Source: Candidatus Latescibacterota bacterium
Lineage (GTDB): Bacteria > Latescibacterota > UBA2968 > UBA8231
Assembly (NCBI GenBank): GCA_965204725.1
Contig: OZ242005.1
Coordinates: forward strand, 2,720,001-2,784,000
Direction: 5' to 3'
Length of the DNA stretch: 64,000 bases
In this document: piece after piece, positions 28,896 to 36,699 of the stretch
Numbering within the stretch: position 1 is the stretch's first letter
Layout: every line of letters starts with the position of its first letter
Program-made: the position numbers and the translations under genes
Notes under the pieces: model-generated
What the model was told of the DNA's origin: nothing
Database searches by the model: none
Seen by the model: only the letters and a program-made list of their open reading frames with translations

Positions 28896-30191
28896 TCAGA
28901 GGGCGGGCGCGGCTGTTGACAGTTCCGCGCCATTATACGCCCATTGTAAGTGTATACGGCTGGTCAAGTCTGCATAGCTGGGATACCGCTCCAGCGTCCG
29001 TTCCCAGCAATGGGGCGTCAACACGCCTTGTATCTCTTGGTAGCTATTGTAATCCGTGATCCAAGTCGGCGGCAGAAAGCCGGGATTGGCTTGCCTGAAC
29101 CATTGCTCTTCCTTGGGCGTCAGCTTTTCTCGGGTCTTGGCCAAGAGGGCCGTGCGGCAGTCAAAGAGCGCCTCGAAATAGGGGCCGAACTTCCGGTCAT
29201 CCACCAGCACCACCTCAAAGCAATCCCCGTCCCTACTGCGCTCTTGCCCGAGGTAATCCAAGGCCACGCCCTCGCCCATAAAGCGGTCGATAAAATGCCA
29301 ACGAACCGCTTCGCCCCGGTGGCGCATTGCGGCCAAATCAGGAGGCAGGATGCCTCTATACCGCCCCCAGCGATTGTCAAAAAGATCCTCGAATATCCCT
29401 CGCTCCCGCTTGGGATTTTTGCTCACATAAGACGGATTGGAGACCGCAGGGTCGAACGAAACCTCTACCTTGTATCTTTCTTTGGTCGCGACAGCGCGGT
29501 CGCCCCATCCCTCGTAGTGCCAAGTCGCCACCGGATATAGATAGGGGGACACCGGAATCGACGTTAGGCAAATACCACCTTGGCAAGAGGGTCTCTTTAA
29601 CTCTTTTAAGCTGGCCTCTATCCACACCATCGCGCTCATAGCTCGTATTGCGAGCAGACGTTCCCTGCCGCCCATGGCCTCAATCGCCCGTTCTACCACT
29701 GCCAAGGCTTGGGCGCGGTCTGCGCTCGTATTGGCTAGGGGAAAGCGCACATAGTCCTCGCGAAAGTTTTCTTTGGCGGCCATATATGCCAAGAGCAAGG
29801 AGTCGATATTCACATCGCCAGACCGCTCGATCCGCATCCTCTTTTCGAGGTGAGCCATGGCGTCGCGTCCCTCGGGCGGCAACTGATCGACAACTTCGCC
29901 AAGCGGAGCGGATTCGACGAGTTCCCGGGCGAGCTGCGCTGGCATAGCCTCAACCGCCAAACGCTGCATTTGCCGCTCGTGCAAATCGGGCCTCGTGGGA
30001 TCAAAGCCCCTCGTTTCTAGCGTACGCATCGGCCGATGAAAAACCACTGGGCGGATTGGGTCGGGTGTGGGAGGAGACAACAAGACTACAGTTAGATGCA
30101 GGAGGGCCGAGAGGAGCAGGCAGACAGCCAACCTCTTGGTTTCAGGCGCGGACCGGTGCATGTCAATCTCCTTTCGTACTCGGCTTTTCAA
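28896..30191 (-). CDS. Hypothetical membrane-anchored protein (TonB-like anchor, LolA-like C-domain)
   Basis: LLLSALLHL anchor then a Pro-rich linker; RAIEAMGG.ERL..I and D..T.LL motifs. Start could be 30161. Confidence 0.6.
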   Translation of the reverse strand: MKSRVRKEIDMHRSAPETKRLAVCLLLSALLHLTVVLLSPPTPDPIRPVVFHRPMRTLETRGFDPTRPDLHERQMQRLAVEAMPAQLARELVESAPLGEVVDQLPPEGRDAMAHLEKRMRIERSGDVNIDSLLLAYMAAKENFREDYVRFPLANTSADRAQALAVVERAIEAMGGRERLLAIRAMSAMVWIEASLKELKRPSCQGGICLTSIPVSPYLYPVATWHYEGWGDRAVATKERYKVEVSFDPAVSNPSYVSKNPKRERGIFEDLFDNRWGRYRGILPPDLAAMRHRGEAVRWHFIDRFMGEGVALDYLGQERSRDGDCFEVVLVDDRKFGPYFEALFDCRTALLAKTREKLTPKEEQWFRQANPGFLPPTWITDYNSYQEIQGVLTPHCWERTLERYPSYADLTSRIHLQWAYNGAELSTAAPAL

Positions 30192-30483
30192 TCACTTCTT
30201 GCTTAATATGCCACCGCTGGGATCAACGCGCAATGATGCTTCCGCAGAGGCTATCCGAATCCGTCACGCGCTGGCAATCGGCGGCATCTACTTCCAAGCC
30301 CAAAACCGCCTTGGTAAAGGTACGCCGGGCGTCTTTCCGCCACGGGCGACCGGACGCAGCAATCCAAGGCTTGGAACTTGACGGCAAAATTGTTTTTAGC
30401 GTAATATGGGTCACTAAGGCAATTTAGCTCCATGTCCTCCCATTCACGGGGTGGACGATGAACTCACGGTTCGCGGCGAAAAG

Positions 30484-31884
30484 ATGAGCACATACAAACA
30501 GCTACCCGGTCCGCCACAGCTACCGCTCGTTGGCAACACGCATCAGCTTCGCCCGTCGCGGATGCACCAAATTTTGGAGGACTGGGCCGATCGCTATGGG
30601 CCGCTCTATCGAATCAAGGCCGGACACGTCCCGATGGCCATACTATCCGATGCCCCTACCATCCGACAGATTTTCAGCGAGCGGCCCCATCGCTTCCGGC
30701 GCCTGACGGAATTCCAGTCCATCGTGACCGATCTAGGTGTGCCCGGATTGTTCGTCGCAGAGGGCGACGACTGGGCGCAGCAGCGTCCTGTCTTTGAAGG
30801 TGCGTTGAACGCGGTAACGCCCAGTGCGTTCAATCCCAAGATAGCGGTCAGTTTGGCCCGGCTACGCGACAAGTGGAAGCAGGCCGCCACTGCCGGCGAA
30901 GTGGTCGATGGGTGCCGAGACCTTCAACTGCTCGTGGCCGACATCGCCTCGCAGCTTGCCTTAGGCGTCGATGCAGCCGCATTCGCAAGCGACGCCGAGT
31001 TACCGCCGCTACTCGACCTCGTTACCGCCAAGCTCGTCCAGCGTCTCTACGTCCCGGCCCCGTACTGGCGAGTCTTTCGCTTGCCGAGCGACCGGGCGAT
31101 GGACAACGCGCTCGCGCAGTTCCGCCGTCAGGTAGATGCCCTCGTGCATGAAACGCGCCGCCGGCTTAGGGCCGCTCCAGTGTCCGCACCGTCTTGCTAT
31201 CTAGAGGCACTCATCGCGCAGGAAATGGCCGGTGAATGCGACGAACATTCCGCTCGCGCCATCTTCAACCACATCGGCGGCGTATTGATGGAGAGCTATA
31301 ACACCCTTCCCAATGCTATGGCGTGGGCTTTGTACTACCTAACTCGCTACCCCGCGCTGGCAACCCAAATGCGAGCGGAGGTCCATGCCGTGCTCGGCAC
31401 CACCGAGGATATGTCGGGCTATACCGGGGTCGAACAGTTTCCATTCCTGTGCGCGTTCACCGACGAAGTCACGCGCCTAAAGCCATCCATTACCTTCAGC
31501 GGCGTTGAACCACTCGCAGACACCGTCATTCTTGGGCACAGCATTCCCAAAGGGACCGTGATTATAGCACTGCACCGCTATCCGGCCATCCAGAACGAAA
31601 ATTTCGCGGACGGAGAACGTTTCGAGCCAACTCGCTGGTTGCCCAACGCGACCCAGCACCGTTGCCCACATAAGCCCGATGCCTTCCTGCGCTTTGGCGT
31701 GGCACCCCGCAATTGTCCGGGCGAGGGTCATGCGCTGCAACAGGTCCGTGCGTTGCTCGCCATGGTTTGCCACAATTTCGACTCGCAGTTTGCAGTACCC
31801 GAAAACCAAATCGTCGAGAAGCAAGGACTCACGATGAGCCCGGCCGCGTTGCCGCTTCACCTGCGTCAGCCCGCCTGCGACTGA
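30484..31884 (+). CDS. Cytochrome P450 (atypical I-helix)
   Basis: LPGP..LPLVGN, EVTR (ExxR), FEPTRW, FGVAPRNCPG heme Cys. Confidence 0.92.
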   Translation: MSTYKQLPGPPQLPLVGNTHQLRPSRMHQILEDWADRYGPLYRIKAGHVPMAILSDAPTIRQIFSERPHRFRRLTEFQSIVTDLGVPGLFVAEGDDWAQQRPVFEGALNAVTPSAFNPKIAVSLARLRDKWKQAATAGEVVDGCRDLQLLVADIASQLALGVDAAAFASDAELPPLLDLVTAKLVQRLYVPAPYWRVFRLPSDRAMDNALAQFRRQVDALVHETRRRLRAAPVSAPSCYLEALIAQEMAGECDEHSARAIFNHIGGVLMESYNTLPNAMAWALYYLTRYPALATQMRAEVHAVLGTTEDMSGYTGVEQFPFLCAFTDEVTRLKPSITFSGVEPLADTVILGHSIPKGTVIIALHRYPAIQNENFADGERFEPTRWLPNATQHRCPHKPDAFLRFGVAPRNCPGEGHALQQVRALLAMVCHNFDSQFAVPENQIVEKQGLTMSPAALPLHLRQPACD

Positions 31885-31893
31885 GACAATGTA

Positions 31894-33501
31894 ATGCCGG
31901 AACCCCTGCCAAGCTCAACCGTCCGCGAGCGGCGACACGACCTAGACGCGCTACGAGCCGGTGCCATGTTTCTCGGCATTGCCTATCACATATCGCTGGC
32001 GTTCGCCTTGGGACATCCGTGGGTAGTGGTTGACAGCCAGCGTCATTTAGCCGCCAACATTTTCGCTGGTATTCTGCACGGATTTCGGATGCCGCTGTTC
32101 TTCCTTTTAAGTGGATTCTTCGTTGCGATGATGTGGCGCAAGCGCGGCCTCAAGTACGTCGTGCATCACCGCTTGCGTCGGGTGTTGATCCCGTGTCTGT
32201 TGGGCGTGGTGACAATCGTGCCCATCACCTTTTTCGCGCTCCAGACCGCACCACCCTCTAATCTGTACGCCCAACAACCCGTATCGGACGCGATCTGGCA
32301 GGCCGTACGCTGGGGAGCAGTCGAGCGCGTGGCAGCCTATCTAAGCAACGGGGGCGATCCGCATATCACAGAACCGGAATTCGGCGCGACGCTCATGTCG
32401 TTGGCAGCTTACGCCGGCCAAAGAGAACTCGTCGCGTTGATGATCGAACAGGGCCTAGACGTGAACCAGCGCGACGCACGCGGGAACACGCCGCTACACG
32501 CGGCCGCGTACTTTGGGCACGACGAGATCGTCGCCCTGTTGCTCAAAGCCGGCGCGCAGCGGGACATTGAGAATCGGGGGGGGCGAACCCCCTTGGACAT
32601 GGCACGGGTGAGCGCGCCCGTCACCATGCTCGTCGCTAATTGGATGAACATAGAACTCGCCGAGGATCGAGTCGCGGCCGGCAAATCGCATATTGTCGCA
32701 GCCCTGAGCGGCCAAGGGTTGGCGGAAGAAGGGACGGGGATTCTAGCCGCAATACGGTCCGTGCCAATTTTTCTGCACCTGTGGTTTTTGTGGTATCTGT
32801 GGTGGTTCACAATCGCTTTCGGCATCATCGTCCTCATCGCCGATCGCTGCAACTGGCAGTTACCAAATCTGCGCGTGGCGGTACTTTCACCCGCCCGATT
32901 CGTTTGGTTGATTCCGCTCACCCTCGCCCCCTTGTGGTTCGCCCACGAGTATGGGGGCGATACTTCGGTCGGGTTAATTCCCAAGCTCCACGTATTGCTG
33001 TACTACTTTGTATTTTTCGCCTTCGGAGCCTTGTATTTTGAGAGCAATGATGTGTCCGCTCGATTGGGCAAACACTGGAGGTTCATGCTGCCAACGGCGC
33101 TTTTAATCTGTTTCCCCGTTTCCTTTGATCTGGCGACCGGCCACTTGGGACTATTCCACCCATTGGTCGGCGATGGCTTTGAGCGCACTATCTCGCTTGT
33201 ATTGCAGACTGTATATATTTGGCTCATGGTCTTAGGCTGCATGGGACTTGCTCGGGTTGTGCTAACAAAAGAAAGTCGCCTTATACGCTATTTGTCTGAC
33301 TCGGCTTATTGGTTGTATTTGGCCCACGTACCGCTCGTCATCTTCGCGCAGTCGTTTATCGCGCAGTGGGACCAGCCGCTTGCGTTAAAAGTGACGCTGA
33401 TACTGGTGGTCATCCCGTCCTTCCTGTTGTTGACCTATGAATATCTAGTGCGTTACACCTTTTTGGGCACGCTTCTCAACGGTCCGCGCACCCGGGGTTA
33501 A
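31894..33501 (+). CDS. Acyltransferase-3 (OpgC-like) membrane protein with inserted ankyrin repeats
   Basis: RRHDLDALRA, HGFRMPLFF, HLWFLWYL, SAYWLYLAH; ankyrin GNTPLHAAAYFGHDEIVALLL..GA. Confidence 0.9.
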   Translation: MPEPLPSSTVRERRHDLDALRAGAMFLGIAYHISLAFALGHPWVVVDSQRHLAANIFAGILHGFRMPLFFLLSGFFVAMMWRKRGLKYVVHHRLRRVLIPCLLGVVTIVPITFFALQTAPPSNLYAQQPVSDAIWQAVRWGAVERVAAYLSNGGDPHITEPEFGATLMSLAAYAGQRELVALMIEQGLDVNQRDARGNTPLHAAAYFGHDEIVALLLKAGAQRDIENRGGRTPLDMARVSAPVTMLVANWMNIELAEDRVAAGKSHIVAALSGQGLAEEGTGILAAIRSVPIFLHLWFLWYLWWFTIAFGIIVLIADRCNWQLPNLRVAVLSPARFVWLIPLTLAPLWFAHEYGGDTSVGLIPKLHVLLYYFVFFAFGALYFESNDVSARLGKHWRFMLPTALLICFPVSFDLATGHLGLFHPLVGDGFERTISLVLQTVYIWLMVLGCMGLARVVLTKESRLIRYLSDSAYWLYLAHVPLVIFAQSFIAQWDQPLALKVTLILVVIPSFLLLTYEYLVRYTFLGTLLNGPRTRG

Positions 33502-33507
33502 GTCGTT

Positions 33508-34674
33508 ATGGAAGTACCCAACTCGTACATCGATGGCTACAAAAAGGCGCGTCGCATCGCGCCAGCACTTGCTACCAACTACATCGATCATACAACCATC
33601 GGCGATCCACTCGCCGACGCGCTGATCGCGGATCTGGCACAGCTCCCCGCAGCAGAAGCAGAGCACCTGATCAAGCAAGCACTAACCGAGAACGAAGCAG
33701 TGCCCGCCACGGCCCCAGCCTCGCTCGAGAATTTCATACATACGTGCGCCCAACAACCGCCTTGGCTCGATTTCGAGCAACTGCAAATCGGCTGCCGCAT
33801 GTTCCACCGCAACACCCAGCTAGCGATTGCCGCCATGGCGGCCGGGGTCTTGGTCGAGGGGTTTGCGACCAACATCGCGCAGTCGTTTTTTCTGACGGGA
33901 GGGATGCGGCACCGGGGGGTTCGACGCCTGCGACAGAACAATCGTCACATGCTGGAAATTTTTATGCCCGGCGGCCTGTCGCGCTACGGCGACGGGTGGG
34001 CACTTACGATCCGCATCCGGTTGGTACATGCAAAAATTCGCCATCTGCTCGCCAACTCGGATGATTGGGATACCGCGCATTTGGGTTTGCCGATCAGTGC
34101 CGCCCACCTAGGCTACGCCATTGCGGCCTTCTCGGCGCGACTGCTGCAATTCATGAAGAGCTTAGGGGCCTCATACAGCGAAGAGGAACAAGCGGGCTTC
34201 ATGGCGGTGTGGCGCTACTGCGGTCATCTGATGGGCGTTCCAGAGACCATTCTGTTTCGCGAGCAAGCGGACGCGCTGGAATTGCTGCGGATTGGTCGCT
34301 TGTGCGAACCGGCTTCATCGGTGGAATCCATTGCCATGGCTTCGTCCTTGATCCATTCCATCCCATTGGTCATTGGCCACTCGGACCCGCAGGAGCGCAA
34401 GAGGATGGCGCACTATGTATTCAAGGTTTCTCGCGCTTTGATAGGCAATGAACTGGCTGATGAACTGCGGCTCCCGCCGAGTAGGACTTGGGGGGTCCTG
34501 TGGCAATTCCGCTTCCTCACCTGGCTCGAGACGATTGCTGGTAAGTTGAATCCACGGGGCACCCGGGTGCGTAGCAAAATCACCATGCTCCTAGATTTTT
34601 CTCACTTTGAGAGCGAGGGAGTCAACTACAAACTGCCGGACCACCAGTACGCCGATCGGTCTTCAGAGTGGTAG
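33508..34674 (+). CDS. MpaB/Lcp-like (DUF2236) heme oxygenase family protein
   Basis: GDPLADA, PPWLD, RRLRQN, IRLVHAKIR heme-His motif, PIS, WRY.GHLMGV. Confidence 0.85.
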   Translation: MEVPNSYIDGYKKARRIAPALATNYIDHTTIGDPLADALIADLAQLPAAEAEHLIKQALTENEAVPATAPASLENFIHTCAQQPPWLDFEQLQIGCRMFHRNTQLAIAAMAAGVLVEGFATNIAQSFFLTGGMRHRGVRRLRQNNRHMLEIFMPGGLSRYGDGWALTIRIRLVHAKIRHLLANSDDWDTAHLGLPISAAHLGYAIAAFSARLLQFMKSLGASYSEEEQAGFMAVWRYCGHLMGVPETILFREQADALELLRIGRLCEPASSVESIAMASSLIHSIPLVIGHSDPQERKRMAHYVFKVSRALIGNELADELRLPPSRTWGVLWQFRFLTWLETIAGKLNPRGTRVRSKITMLLDFSHFESEGVNYKLPDHQYADRSSEW

Positions 34675-34683
34675 GTAGCCTCG

Positions 34684-36672
34684 TCAAATCTGCGTCAAAA
34701 AGCTGCCCATCTGCCCGGTGATGTAATCGGCCACCAGCCAAAGGCCGGCCGCGACCACTTCCCCGAGAATCAGCCCCAGAAAGAACGGACGCAGGTTCCG
34801 GTATAGCCGCGGCCCCCCATACTTGAGAATTACCAGTTTGAGCAGCCAAGCGATGAGCGCACTGGCAAAGATGTGCCCGGTTTTCCAGTTCGCGCTAATG
34901 GCATAGCCGAGCGGGTTGAGCGGCCACCACAACAGGTGGTGCCGCACCCACATTAGCAAGGCCATCACTCCGCCGCCGATCCCCATGAACAGCCATGCGT
35001 CGAGGCGCGGCCCGGTCAATTCCGCTGCAATGCGCGGGGCCATGTCCTTGGGGCCGTACGTGGCGGCCCCCCAGCCAAAGAACAGGCCGTTGAGGTTGAT
35101 GCCGCCGTATTTGTACGCCAACGCCATGGTGACATAAGAAGAGCCGACCAAGCTGACCACGATGGCGACGATTACCGCCCAGAACAACCGCCGCTTCCCG
35201 CCCTTGATCGCCTCGCTCATCTTTAGGCCGTTGGCGACCGACGACATTACAAACGAGCGGATTTCCGAGTGCCAGCCGTAAGAAAACCCCAAGGCCACCA
35301 AACCAGCGGCCCCCAAGCTAGAAGCCCCGGCCCCGGAAATCACAAAGGTCGAGGTCATAATGGGGGGGCGCATCGCGGGAATACCTCCTTCGGCGACCAC
35401 GCGCGTCAGGCCCAAAAACAGCACCATGGCCCCAAAGATAAACATCGCCACGCCCAACGGCGGCAGCCCAGCCATCCACAGGCCCAATCCCACCAAACCA
35501 AGCGACGCCAGCAAGCCCGAGGTCGCCTGCCGATACGACAAAATTTCGTCGGCATCCTCTACGGTTGGATCGCCGGACCACGCCTTCCGCCACACGGCCC
35601 GCAAGTGCCCGCGTGCCACCCACAGCCCGACCAGCACAAAGACGATCATCGCCCCCATGCCCTGATGGGCTAGGTACGGCTCCCGCGAGTATAAATCCAT
35701 CCGCTCGGTGCTTTGCAGGCCGAGGACGTTGAAGACTCCCCGTTGCACTGTGGTCAGGATGTAGAACACCCAGATAGACGCGGAAATATCCAAGTTGACA
35801 AAGTAAAAGAAGCCGATCCAAGGCGGGCTAAACCACAAGTCCAAGCGCACACTATCGCGGAACAGAGGCAGCGACGCAGTCCGCGCCAGCTCGGGCACCT
35901 CTGGGAAATAGGCGTGTAAGCCGTTGATGCTGAGCAAGATGAAGGCGCACGCAAACCCCAGCCACATCGCCTTATTGACAAAAAACGCCCGCCCAATAGC
36001 TCGCCCTTGCTCGCGCTGAATCATCTCCATCGGCACTTGGACCAACGGATACGCCAGCTTCTCCCGATCGACCCATTGCCGGCGCAGGATGACCATCGTG
36101 CAAATCATCGCGGCGCTGAGTGCCAAGAAGAAGCCGTACCAATAGGTCAGCGGCAGCACCCACGCGCCCCAAGGAACGGCGACCCCTTCGGGCAGCCCCT
36201 CAAAGAAGTAGCGCGCGACGTTTTCGCCGCGCGGGATCATCCACGCGGGGATGTACTGGTTGTATAAAAAGTCCCAGTTATTCTCCGGCGTCGCGTAGTA
36301 CGTAGAGCCGACCAAACAGGGAATGATAAATTGGGTAAACCCCATCCCGGGAATGCAGCAGGCGACCACCAACATGACGTAGATGGTAATCAGCTCGGAT
36401 TGGGTCAGGGCCAAGGAGCGGCGCAAGCAGTACACGAGGCCGCTGGCCGGTACTAAGAAAAAGAAAAAAAAGAGAGCGGCTGGCGTACTAAAATTTAAGG
36501 TGAGGTACGAGCCGCGAATGATGGTCGTGGCGTACGCGTCTAGACCATTGAGCAGCAAGGCGAGCACTGCGCCGATTAGGATGCCCCGCACCGGGATACC
36601 GGCACCATCTTGCGGCCCGTCCTCGGCCGAGTTCGCCCATTCGAGGTATGCTGGAGGAATCCGCTTTTTCAA
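34684..36672 (-). CDS. DUF6785-family polytopic membrane protein (OPT-like putative transporter)
   Basis: YYATPENNW, VPW.AW..PL, RRQW...EKL.YPL, RVVAEGG, WWPLNPLGY, PFFLGLILG. TTG start. Confidence 0.8.
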   Translation of the reverse strand: MKKRIPPAYLEWANSAEDGPQDGAGIPVRGILIGAVLALLLNGLDAYATTIIRGSYLTLNFSTPAALFFFFFLVPASGLVYCLRRSLALTQSELITIYVMLVVACCIPGMGFTQFIIPCLVGSTYYATPENNWDFLYNQYIPAWMIPRGENVARYFFEGLPEGVAVPWGAWVLPLTYWYGFFLALSAAMICTMVILRRQWVDREKLAYPLVQVPMEMIQREQGRAIGRAFFVNKAMWLGFACAFILLSINGLHAYFPEVPELARTASLPLFRDSVRLDLWFSPPWIGFFYFVNLDISASIWVFYILTTVQRGVFNVLGLQSTERMDLYSREPYLAHQGMGAMIVFVLVGLWVARGHLRAVWRKAWSGDPTVEDADEILSYRQATSGLLASLGLVGLGLWMAGLPPLGVAMFIFGAMVLFLGLTRVVAEGGIPAMRPPIMTSTFVISGAGASSLGAAGLVALGFSYGWHSEIRSFVMSSVANGLKMSEAIKGGKRRLFWAVIVAIVVSLVGSSYVTMALAYKYGGINLNGLFFGWGAATYGPKDMAPRIAAELTGPRLDAWLFMGIGGGVMALLMWVRHHLLWWPLNPLGYAISANWKTGHIFASALIAWLLKLVILKYGGPRLYRNLRPFFLGLILGEVVAAGLWLVADYITGQMGSFLTQI

Positions 36673-36699
36673 TTCCGTGCGCCTCGGCCATGGTTCAAG

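Noticed and set aside
30223-30433. Short minus-strand ORFs upstream of the P450 as a RiPP precursor
   Set aside because: One has a GGAGG RBS, but there is no recognisable leader or core, no maturase or RRE, and the overlapping frames look like a decayed gene.
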